Part shown: one piece after another, positions 51,501-62,039 of the stretch
Layout of the letters: each line of letters opens with the position of its first letter
Position numbering within the stretch: the first letter of the stretch is position 1
Source of the DNA: Azolla caroliniana
Taxonomy: Eukaryota > Plantae > Polypodiophyta
Assembly: GCA_043228905.1 (NCBI GenBank)
Contig: JBHGNT010000005.1
Coordinates: 22,382,001 to 22,446,000, forward strand
Reading direction: 5' to 3'
DNA length: 64,000 nt
The notes under the pieces: model-generated
What the model was told of the DNA's origin: nothing
Seen by the model: only the letters and a program-made list of their open reading frames with translations
Database searches by the model: none
Position numbers and translations under genes: made by a program

Positions 51501-54153
51501 ATGCTTCCCCATGTTGTTCCAACATCCCTCGGAATCGTTCTTCTTCATTTTGTAAAAGGAAACCACCTCCACCGATCCGAAGTTTCTTCTGGGTCTCATC
51601 CGTGAAGGCATGTCCGATATCCACAGACTTCCGAAGTGTCAGATCACCCGAGACTTCTTTCCTCTTTTGTTCGCTATCGGCAGGTAGTGGCCCGCGGCCG
51701 GTTTCACCTTCTTCTCCACGGTCTTGTATTTCGTACTTACCATTGCTTCTTCTTTGCGGAGCGCATCCGGCCCCATTTTCACAATGATCTCGTACATCTC
51801 GATCGATTCCACCGGGACTACCCGGTCTCCCTGGCTTGTATCTTTCGCGAGCTCTTCAAGCCATTCTAGCGTGCTTCCATAGAACATTTCTTCAACTATT
51901 CCCACAATTTCTTCATCTTCTTTTATTATTGATGCCGACCGTAACTTATCCTCCACTTTTCGGTATTCTTTCTTCATTCCTTCAGTTACGACCGTGTATG
52001 TAGATGCCCCATCCAGACCGATTCGTACTTGTTTTGCTCCGAGAGTTTTCTTCCTGTGTGGGGTATCAGGGCTTCTCGGACTATCACTTCCCCACTCCGC
52101 AACAGTCCGCTCTAAAATTCCATCCTTGTTTGGGACAAGAGCTCTCTCTTGTTCCTTTCAGGATTTGCCGGCACCGTTAGGAATTGGACGGATTTCCCTC
52201 CGTTTTGGCTCCGAATTCGTGCAAAAGCCGCATCGCTATCGAGCACCTTCGTCTCCATTCGTGATGCCATGATAAAAGGTTGCCCGAGGATCACGGAGTG
52301 TGAGATATCGTCTTGTACGAAGAAATTTTGGTCGATCTCGACATCCCCGATCTTCACCGTCACATCCAGACAAGCCACAAATAGATCTTCCGTTGCTTTA
52401 GTGGCCGCTCGGATCTTCCATCCATGATTGGTGTTAATAGGCCACTTCCCCTTCCGGTAGAACTCTTTGGAAATCAAATTGGTCTCCGATCCGTGATCAA
52501 TCAATGCTAGCATGGGCTCTTTGATGTTGCCGATTCGGACCAGAGTCTCCGTAGTTGCACGCGCCCAGTGTGGCTTTGTATAGTGGGAATTCGTAATCTC
52601 ATCCTCCACTTCGGTGTCGTTCATCAGAACGATATTTGCATTCACCATCGGCGCATTTTCCTCCGTAGTTTGTCTTTTTCTTTTTACGAGATCCACAAGA
52701 AGATCATGGAACTCTTGTTTTGCTATTCTGAGTAGTTCCCGAAGCGAAAAATCTACCCGGTTGTCAAGAATTCTCTCCTCGAACACCTTTTTCAAGTCCG
52801 TTTGTTGTTCGATGTCCGAGGCGAGCTTGAATGCCGGAATCGTTTTTCCTTTCCCTCTTCTGTCGGAGTTCCAGCTCTCCGGTGTCTTCGATGGTCCAAC
52901 CGCATCATCCGTGTGTCATCGCTTCTCGTCCACATACACCTCATGTAATTGACATAGGGCGTATACGCTATTCTTATTGACGGGGCACACCCATCCCGTA
53001 GCTTCCCGAATGCCTTCCGCAGTGCTTCGGATCTCGTTAGAGTCAGTTTTCTCGGTGTTTTCTAGCACTTCCGGCCAAAAAGACACCTTTGCTCCCAATG
53101 ACTCCCTGACACGTATTCCCACGGTTGTCGCGTAATTGCTCTTCGCTGCTATTTCCTCCTCTAGGACCTTCTTCATGCCGCCTTTTCGGAAGTTCGGTCG
53201 GAGCGGCTTCCGAGAGTTCATCGAATGAATTAGATTTCCCTCTTAGTAGATAAGATCCTGTCGTAGCGCTTCCTTGTGCTCATCGCAATCCCTCCGATCA
53301 TGTTCGGTGCTATCGCACCATATGCACCAACGGTCCATATACTTGGAACTTGTGGGATGGTCATCCAACTTCTTCACCATCACGATTTTTAGATTCTCCA
53401 TCTCCTTTAGCAACTACTCCACCGTAGTTGCGTCGATTCCCTTCTCGGTCGTAGCTTCCCGAGCCCGCGGTTGATGGTCTTCCGATCCGGATCTCGGTTT
53501 CGGAATCGGTTCTGAAACCCTCTTTTCTTTGTTGGCAAACCATTGCCCCCTCTTTGTGTATCGCGCAATGATATCCCGCATGCTTTCCCATGTTTCGATG
53601 AGGCCACTCTTGGTAGTCGTGTCCTCTAGAAGCACTCCAAGATCCTTCCGGTCCTGGACATCTACGGCTCGTAAGAACATGATAACTTTGTCCGGTGCGA
53701 GGATAGCTTGATCTCTCGCAGACAACCTCCCAAACCGACTTTCGAATGCCAAAAACACATTGAGGACCTTCATCCCCTTGTTTGGCGTTTCTACCCAATC
53801 CTCGAATCCTCTCTACGTTGCCTTGGAGGAGTCCTCGATAGCGAACGTGGTCTTTAACACCTCTTCAAATGCTTCCCATGTTGGATTTTGTTGTCGTAGC
53901 CCGTGGATACTTGCTTGAAGCCTGTCGGTAGCGACCCGGTTGAAGGATGTCACTTGCAGTCCTTCCGAAATCTTGCATCGTATCATTTCCGCCTTGTAGT
54001 CCCAAAGATAGCGTGATACGTCCTTCCCGTTGAATTGCCCGATCCGTTGCACGAGCCGCTCTACTGCCGCCGTTATCTCCGACATCGCACGTTGTTCTTG
54101 AAGCATCAACTCGAACATCATCATCATGTTGTTAGCCTCCGGTTGATTTTCCA
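48581..54153 (-). pseudogene. gypsy gag-PR and RT-RH-IN coding regions, fragmented
   Basis: ORF pieces 53813-54153, 53414-53773, 52916-53221, 52112-52795 (PR), 51639-51977, 51103-51624 and 50062-51090 (RT/RH), 49534-49887, 48989-49594 and 48581-48919 (IN). Confidence 0.88.
52058..52121 (-). promoter_or_regulatory. candidate -1 programmed ribosomal frameshift signal (slippery site plus H-type pseudoknot)
   Basis: G_GAA_UUU, then spacer UAGAG, then stem 1 CGGACUGUUGC/GUGAUAGUCCG. Loop GUGGGG is complementary to downstream CCCCAC. The -1 frame is open into the pol region. Confidence 0.65.
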
Positions 54154-54170
54154 TCTCCTTGCCACCCGTG

Positions 54171-54188
54171 TTCACGTCGGGTTCACCA
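54171..54188 (-). promoter_or_regulatory. primer-binding site complementary to tRNA-Trp
   Basis: TGGTGAACCCGACGTGAA is the complement of UUCACGUCGGGUUCACCA, the 3' end of plant cytosolic tRNA-Trp(CCA) as I recall it. It lies 4 nt from the 5' LTR. Confidence 0.85.
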
Positions 54189-54192
54189 CTTG

Positions 54193-54905
54193 TGTCGTGC
54201 CTTTCGGCTCCGGATCGTTGCATGAGTCGGGTGGGAACCATTGAGGTTTTGGACTAGGAGAAAAGAAGATTCTAAGGCAATGAAGAATATGAAATATGTT
54301 GTAAGAAAGAAAGATATGAAAAACTCGTGAATCCCACGAGTATAGTGTATTAGTGAGTACTCAAATTAAGAGAGAAAAATAATTAGCAAATTCGTGAATC
54401 CTACGATTATATTATATTAATCCACCCTTGTAAAATAAGCAACAACCCCCATACATCATTCTCTCCTCCTTATATAAGGATGGAAGAGGCTAAGCATAGC
54501 TTCATGCTTTTTTCTAAAGTGTTCATGCACACTAAATGTGCATGAGTTGCCTTTTTACACTATGCTTTTATTTCCTAAATATAGTGCTCATGCTCACTAG
54601 ATGTGCACAAGTCATTTTTTTATTGGTGTACATTTTTCTTATAAATAAAGTATTCACGCACTCTAAAAAATGCATGACTTTCCTTTTAATAAAGGTCTTA
54701 TATGTATTAAATCTATATTTAGAACACTTAGGATAAGTTAGTACAATGGTAAGGTTGGGGTTTGTTTATGTGGAGGTATAGGGTTCAAATATTGCCCTAT
54801 GCATGTAATAAATATTTTTAATATTTTATTTTATTTATTATACGTACTTTAAATCGGATATAGTATTTTACATATTTCACGTAGTGTGTGATTCACACTA
54901 CGACA
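54193..54905 (-). repeat. gypsy 5' LTR (713 bp)
   Basis: TGTCGT...ACGACA terminal inverted repeat; TATA-like CCTTATATAAGG at ~54468-54479. Confidence 0.93.
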
Positions 54906-56377
54906 ACGTTCATAAGCTTTCCCTTTTATTCGACATGGCTCAAAGGGACTTCTCCGACATGTAGAATTGGGTGAGGGGTGTCGTCTCTGGTTTGGACAAT
55001 CCCCTGTTGTTCCGGCTTCTCCAAAAATGAGAACCACTCTTCATGGCTCGTCATGTGGTTGGACACTCTGGAATCAACGTACCATACTTCCTCTGATCCA
55101 GAAGTGGCCTTCTTCATTGAGTTCGCCTTATGCTTCATCTCAAAGGCTGGCCCTTTACCGGTTTTCCCGGTTCTGGATCCTTCCAGCCCTTCCGTGTAGT
55201 GCAAGCTTTGTCAGTTCTCCCGATCGGTTTTGCCGGATCCGGATTTGTCCGAATCGACGTGCTTCTTCCAGCACTCGCTTTCCCTGTGGCCCTTTTTGCC
55301 ACAGTACCAACATTCTGTGTTGGCTTTTCCTTGCCGGCTTCCGACGCCACTTTGACTCCCCCTGCTTGTGGAGGGTCCGGAACTACTGTCGGCACCATCT
55401 CTGTGCCTTTGGTTCTGCTTTTGTCAGCCGCCTCCATTGTGTGCCAACCCAACTCGTCCACCACATCCATGGGGCCGATCTTTCTCCATTTACAACATTC
55501 GGTTGTCCGATTGAGTGGTCCTTGACCCACTTGCATGGTTTTTTTCGATCATTTGCATCGATTGCAAGTTGAAGAAAGAAAATGGTTTCTCCCGGGTGCA
55601 GTTCATTGTTCGAATTGGCCCGTACCTTTGCACTAGACCACCGAGGCATATTTGTACCATCTCATCTTCGTCCACCGTCACGTTGATGAACTCGAGTGCG
55701 TCGCAAATCTCCTTTATCTTGGTGGTGTAATCCGTAACCGACATGTCTCTTTGCCATATGTTGTTCAGCTCTTGCTGGAGCTGCAACTTACGGGTTGTGG
55801 TACTCGCGTCGAAAATGTTCCTTAGATTTCCCCAGGCTTCCTTCGACGTCTTTGCATCATTGCTGTAGTCAAGCATCTAATCGTGCACCCAGGACGCGAG
55901 GTAGTACAATACTTGACTCGCTCCCTGCTCCCATACTGGGAAGTCATTGTGTGTCGGCTCCGGCGCTACCTCGTTCGTTCGTTCCACCAAGCTCCAATAT
56001 CCATGCCCCAACATTCTAGTTTTCGTCTACGAAAGCAAGTGTCGGATGCAGAGGTTCTCAACCCTTGCGCTCTAATACCATGTAGATGTTAACGTGCGGA
56101 AGTGTTAGATAGAACCGGCTCAACCGGATAGCAACGAAGAATAAGATGAAGGTTTAATGGAGAAGCTTAATACATAGAGAATACGCGTGGGAGAGATAGA
56201 GACAAAAAGAGAGTAGAACATAAACTCTATTCAAAATAACACTCTGAAACTCTGTACATACAACGTGCTAAAGATCACTATTTATACAAGTCCATAAAGA
56301 ATTGACAGAAGTACTAACAAGTACTTCAATATTCCTATGTGCGACTAACACTAACTACGAGACAATGATTACCTAGT

Positions 56378-59300
56378 TGTAAAGAATCGGATATGATTCT
56401 TGTGAAGCGGAAGAGATGTGAGTTATGTGTGTGTATGAGAGAGAGAGAGAGAAGGACTAACACAGAGAATACGCAAGGTAGATTGTATTAACAAAGGAGA
56501 AAGACTCAACTAAATACAAGGTGGGAGGAGGGTGCTTTATATAGTCACCCTCTCTCTTCATTAACTACAAGACTCATGGAGCATGGGGAATATGAAAGCT
56601 CATAAGTTATGTGTCATAGAATATGATTCTATGACTCATACTAAATGCTAGAATACAAAGAGGTGACATAATGGTGACTCTTGACTGTTGGAGTGTCTAT
56701 TCACTCTCAAGGTGAGTTCACACACTAGACCAAGTTGAGCTTGATTCTCAACACGACCCCTCAAGCTCAAGTCGGGTCGGTTTCAAACGGTATCCGAAAT
56801 CCGCTTCGACTCGCTTTCCGGAGTCCGCATCGACTCGCATTTATGCGGAGTTGCGGAATCCGTGCTCCAGCTTGCGTTGTGCGTAGTTGCGAAGTTTGTG
56901 TTTCGGCTTGCGTCTTTCTTCGCGGCTTTGCATGGTAGATCGGCTCTTCGCGGCTTCGTTGCGTGGTTGCGTAATCCACACGTTCTTGCGTAGTGTGCGC
57001 GGCTTGCAGAATCCACACGTTATTGCGTAATGTCTTCAGTAATCCCCCGCAAGCTTGGCAAGTCAGGGATTGTCAATCCGAGATCGGTCATGAATTGCCA
57101 CAGCTTGTCGGATCCTAAGGCTTTAGTGAAGATGTCGGCCGTTTGAAGATTTGTGCTAATGTGTTGTAGGTCGACATCGCCAACTAGAACGCGCTCTCAG
57201 ATGAAGTGATAGTGCACTTTGATGTGCTTTGTCCGCGCGTGGAACACCGGGTTCCGAGCCAGATAGATATTGCTCATGTTGTCGCATTAAAGGAAGTCGG
57301 ATCCTTGATGGGTACGCCCAGATCCTTCAAAATCCTCTTGAGCCATACGGCTTCACACGCAGCTACGGTTGTGCCCCTGTATTCCGCCTCCGTACTCGAA
57401 AGAGCAACGGTAGGCTGCTTCTTGGTACTCTAGGATATTGCTCCGTTGCCGAGGGAGAAAACAAATCCAGAGGTTGATCTTCTATCGGCTTTGTAGTCGG
57501 CCCAATCGGCATTTGTGTACCCCTCGAGGCGTATTGGCATCGCGGTCTTGTAGAGGATGCCGCAATCTATTGTGTCGCTCACGTACCGTAGAACTCGCTT
57601 AACGCAATCCAAGTGAGTATCACGCGGTGTTTGCATGAATTGACTAAGGAGACCGATTGGATAACTGAGATCGGGTCGAGTGATCGTGAGGTAGATGAGA
57701 CTCCCGATGAGTTGCCGATACTGAGTCGACTCACACGCTTTGGTGCCGGAGTTCGCATCTAGTTTGAGATTACGATCGAGCGGGGTTGCCACGGATTTGC
57801 ACTTAGCCATGCCGAACTTGTATAACAAGTTGAGGATGTAGTGCCGTTTAGAAATCATGATTCCGGCCAGAGTCCGAATTACCTCGATGCCGAGGAATTA
57901 GTGGAGTTCCTTCATGTCCATCATCTCGAACTTGTTGAAAAGGAGGGATTTGACCTTATTGATTTCGACGAGATGCTCACCTCCAATGACTAGGTCATTC
58001 ACATATAAGATGATGACGATCGGACTTGCGGAATCGCTTTGTATGTAGAGGGAGTTGTCTGATTTTGACATACGGAAGCCGATTTGATGAAGATATTGCG
58101 TTATCTTTGAATGCCAAGCACGCGGTGCTTGCTTGAGGCCGTAAAGTGGCTTCTTGAGTCGGCATACAGCTTTCGGATGGGTGCTCGAGTTGAAGCCGAG
58201 TGGTTGTATCATGTACACCTCCTCTTCTAATTCGCCTTGTAGAAAGGCATTCTTGACGTCCATTTGATGGAGGTGCCACCCTTTCGCCGCAACAAACGCA
58301 ATTACGGTCCGCACCGTTGTCATCTTTGCCACCGGGGCAAAGGTCTCCTCGTAGTCAACTTCGTGCGTTTGGGTGTAGCCTTTCGCTACGAGTCGCGCTT
58401 TGTAGCGGTTGACGGAACCGTCGGCGTTGTACTTCACTTTGTAAATCCATCTGCATCCGATTGCCTTTTTTTGTGGTGAGGTGGGAACGAGATCCCACAT
58501 CTCGTTCTTGCGTAGTGCCTGCATCTCCTCGTTCATGGGTTCGATCCATCGCGGATCCTTGGCTGCTTCAGAAAAGGTTTTCGGCTCTCATACTATTGCT
58601 ACCTTCATCATAAAGGCGTAATGGTACGCCATATAATCATTGTAGCCGAATCGGCTTACGGGGTTCTTTTCACGAATGGATCGGTGGAGCTTTTCATTTG
58701 CAAAGATGAGGGCTTTCTTAGCTCCGATTGGTACATCGAAGCCGCTGAATTCACTGTTGAGTGAGTGAGTCGATTCATCGTCGTCGAAGCGATTGTCTTC
58801 ATATTCCGCCATTTTCGCCTTGCCTTTGTCCATCTTCGAGCTAGGCCGTGATGTGCTTTGATCGCTCAAAGGCTCTTGTGGTCCGCTCAGTCGGGTCGTG
58901 ATCGGACTTTCTTCGATCATGCGCGTAGGGCGATCTTCATCCTCGATCTCTTGTTTGGCAGATTCCGGGTCGAGCGGAGTCAGAGGCGAAGTTGTCTCTG
59001 GTGCGTACCAAGATGCGGACTCGTCAAAAACGACGTCTCGACTTACTCGAGATTTTCGAGTTGAGGGGTTGTAGCATTTGTACCCCTTTTGTTCGAGTGA
59101 GTATCCTACGAGCATACATTTCTCCGACTTCGGGTCAAGCTTTTGACGCTTCTCGTCAGGGATGTGCACGTACGCTATCCCGCCGAATATCCGGATGTGC
59201 AATAAGTTCGACTTCTTTCCGAAGTATTTTTCGTGCGGAGTGACCTCGTGCACACCGAATGTTGTGCACTAGTTCATGAGGTAGACGACCGTATTTGCAG

Positions 59301-61889
59301 CTTCGGCCCAATATGACTTGGGCATATGCTTCTCGTTCATCATGGCCCGCGCTACTTCGAGGATGTGCCAATTTTTGCGCTCGGCTACTCCGTTTTGTTG
59401 CGGAGTGTGTCGGCAAGTGAATTCTCGCTGAATTCCTTCCTTTCGGAGATACACCGTGAAATCGTCCGAGAAGTACTCATTGCCACCATCCGATCGAAGA
59501 CATCGTACATGTCGGCCCGTGGCTTTCTCGACTTCATTCTTGAAATTTTGGAAGTGTCCGAACACTTCGCTCTTTTGCCACATCGGGTAGATCCAAGTGT
59601 GCCTAGAAAATTCGTCGATGAAGAGCACGTAATATCGGCATCCGCCGAATGTAGCCGTCTGCGCCAGTCCCCATACGTCAGAATGGACTACATCAAGTAG
59701 ACCTTTGCTCACGTTCTGCTCTTTCAGGAAGGGGTGTCGGTGTTGCTTGCCGAATTGGCACGCTTTGCGTACACCTTCAATCTCCTTCTCTTTGAATGTC
59801 GGGAGTCCGATGACGACTCCTTTTGATTTCATTGCTTTGAGTTTGTTGAGATTGATGTGGCCGATTCGCTTGTGCCACAACTCTATGTAAGAGTCGTCTT
59901 TCATGCCCTTTGCAAACATGGCCGATTTCATCTCGTATGAGTCGAGAATGAACATTCGGCCCTCGATTCGTCAGCGTGCGATGAGTTGGCCCTCTTTTTC
60001 GATGAAGCAACCGCCTTGATTAAATCGAACTTGTATTCCTTGCTCTACAATTTGGCCGACGGAGACCAAATTCTTCGTAATGGTCGGTACATGCAAGACA
60101 TTTTTAATGTAATTTTGTTTACCTTCTTTTAGGAACGAAACATTGCCAATGTGCCGAATCGGGTGCGTAGTGTCATCTCCGGTTTCGACATAACCGGGTC
60201 GCTCCGGCTCTCGAAATTCGAGAAACCATTCTTTATGAGATGTCATATGGTTTGAGGCTCCGGAGTCAACAAACCATACGTCCTCCGGATTGAGGGCACT
60301 AGTTGAGGTAGAGGCCGACATAGAGTTTGCTCTATGTTTCATCATGAACATTCTGCCACGGTCGGAGTTGTATGCGTACATTCCGCCACGATCCTCGTAG
60401 TCGGAGTTGTGCCCGTACATTCCGCTATTCTCTTCGTAGTCGGAATTGTGCGCATAATTCGTGAGTTGTCGGCTTGTGGAAGCCGATTCACGCATCTTCT
60501 TTCGGCACTCTTCTTTGTGGTGGCCGAGCTTTCCGCAATATCCGCATTCGGTTGCGTTTTGATGGCTCGGGCCGGAGTGGAAGTTCCCCCTTCTTGCGAA
60601 GGTTCCTCATTGGCTTCCGTTTTGCAGCCGAAATTGGGAGTTGATATCATAGGTCGGACCTCGTCTGCCTTGTCCTTGGCCGAGCCTCTCGACCGTCTGC
60701 GTCCTCTTCCTCCGTTCGAGTGCGTGTAGAGCGTGTGGCCTTCCGACTCATTGCTCCTTGTACACACGTGGTTTTCTTCGACCAATAGCATTGATTGGAG
60801 CTCGACGAAGGAGGGAGATTTCTCTTGTGCTAGAACGGCGGTTTGCATCGCGCCGAACCATGGTGTGAGGCCACCGAGGCATATTTGAACCATCTCATCA
60901 TCATCGATATTTACGCTTATTGAGCCGAGCGAATCGCAAATCTCCTTGATCTTCGAGGTGTATGTCGTGATGGACATGTCCCTTTGTTGAATGTTGTTCA
61001 ACTCTTGGCGGAGTTGAAGCCTTCTTGCGGTTGTGTTCGCCGTGAAAATCTTTCGTAGATTTTCCCATGCCTCCTTCGGCGTCTTGGCTTCGTGAATGTA
61101 GCCGAGTATGTGATCGTGAACACATGTCGCCAAGCAATACATCACGCGGCTTGTGGCTTGCTCCCATGTCGCGTATCCGGGAGCCACTTCGGCGGGTCGG
61201 TCTTCATGCGCTCCTTTGATGTAGCTCCAATAGCCTTGTCCGACAAGGTATTGGTGCATCTTGTACTCCCAAGATGCGAAGTTGTTTCGATCCAACTTCT
61301 CGGTAGGGAGAGCGCTCCCCATTTGAGTATTCATTATGTCGATTTTTCTTCTTTTTCTTCTCTCTTTGTATGCGAGCTATGTAGCAAAGCTACGATAGCG
61401 ATGAGCCAGTTCTTGGTCTTCGGCGTGGAGCACAACACACGATCACGATGAGGCGAATGGGCTTGATCGAGCTACCAAATCGCTCTGATACCATGTAAAG
61501 AATCAGATATGATTCCTGTGAAGCGGAAGAGATGTGAGTTATGTGTGTGTATGAGAGAGAGAGAGAAAGAGAGTGAGAGAGAGAGACAAGGAATAACACA
61601 GAGAATACGCAAGGTAGATTGTATTAACAAAGGAGAAAGACTCAACTAAATACAAGGTGGGAGGAGGGTGCTTTATATAGTCACCTTCTCTCTTCATTAA
61701 CTACAAGACTCATGGAGCATGGGGAATGTGAAAGCTCATAAGTTATGTGTCATAGAATATGATTCTATGACTCATACTAAATGCTAGAATACAAAGAGGT
61801 GACATAATGGTGACTCTTGACCATTGGAGTGTCTATTCACTCTCAAGGTGAGTTCACACACTAGACCAAGTTGAGCTTGATTCTCAACA
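56378..61889 (-). mobile_element. full-length Ty1/copia element B with both LTRs, inserted into the LTR of element C
   Basis: LTRs 56378-56753 and 61494-61889 (TG...CA; few substitutions plus an AG-tract length difference). TSD CTAGT at 56373-56377 and 61890-61894. PBS 61482-61493 (tRNA-iMet). PPT ~56754-56766. Confidence 0.97.
57050..61334 (-). pseudogene. copia B gag-pol, with frameshifts and stops
   Basis: gag MNTQMGSALPTEKLDRNNFASW, PR WFVDSGAS, IN (59269-59955, 58588-59253), RT (57898-58536, YVND variant), RH (57430-57858 and beyond). Confidence 0.9.
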
Positions 61890-62039
61890 CTAGTATTCTA
61901 GGCTACTACTAGGCTTCTAGTTCCCGCTCGAATCCGGCTCTCCAATCTGTCTCCCTGATCCAGCTGGTTGTTTTCGGATACCGATCCGGCTCAAGCTTCT
62001 TCAGTCGATCCAGATCCGGTTGAGCTTGCTCGCTCAACA

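Larger units (their letters stand above)
47131..54905 (-). mobile_element. Ty3/gypsy LTR retrotransposon (no chromodomain seen) with three LTRs, degenerate
   Basis: Order gag (CIWCDSTEHDRRDC) - PR (LIDHGSE) - RT (DLYSGYDQ, QGATNS, FLDD) - RH - IN (REDLTNQVEG; WFGPY). LTRs at 54193-54905, 47821-48524 and 47131-47820. PPT 48525-48536. TSD ATGT/ACGT. Confidence 0.95.
46206..62039 (-). mobile_element. Ty1/copia element C (family of A), 3'-truncated and interrupted twice
   Basis: Pieces: integrase 46206-47130, protease/gag 54906-56068, PBS ~56069-56080, 5' LTR split into 56081-56377 and 61895-62039. Colinear with copia A; RT and 3' LTR are missing. Confidence 0.9.

Noticed and set aside
54171-54188. 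tRNA-Trp gene
   Set aside because: Only the 3' 18 nt including CCA is present, with no cloverleaf; it is a primer-binding site.
54154-54241. gag ORF starting inside the gypsy LTR and reading through the PBS
   Set aside because: Both LTR-located ATGs are absent from the other two LTR copies (ACCACT/ACCGCC, CGTGAG), so they are copy-specific mutations. The likely start is MENQPE at 54153.
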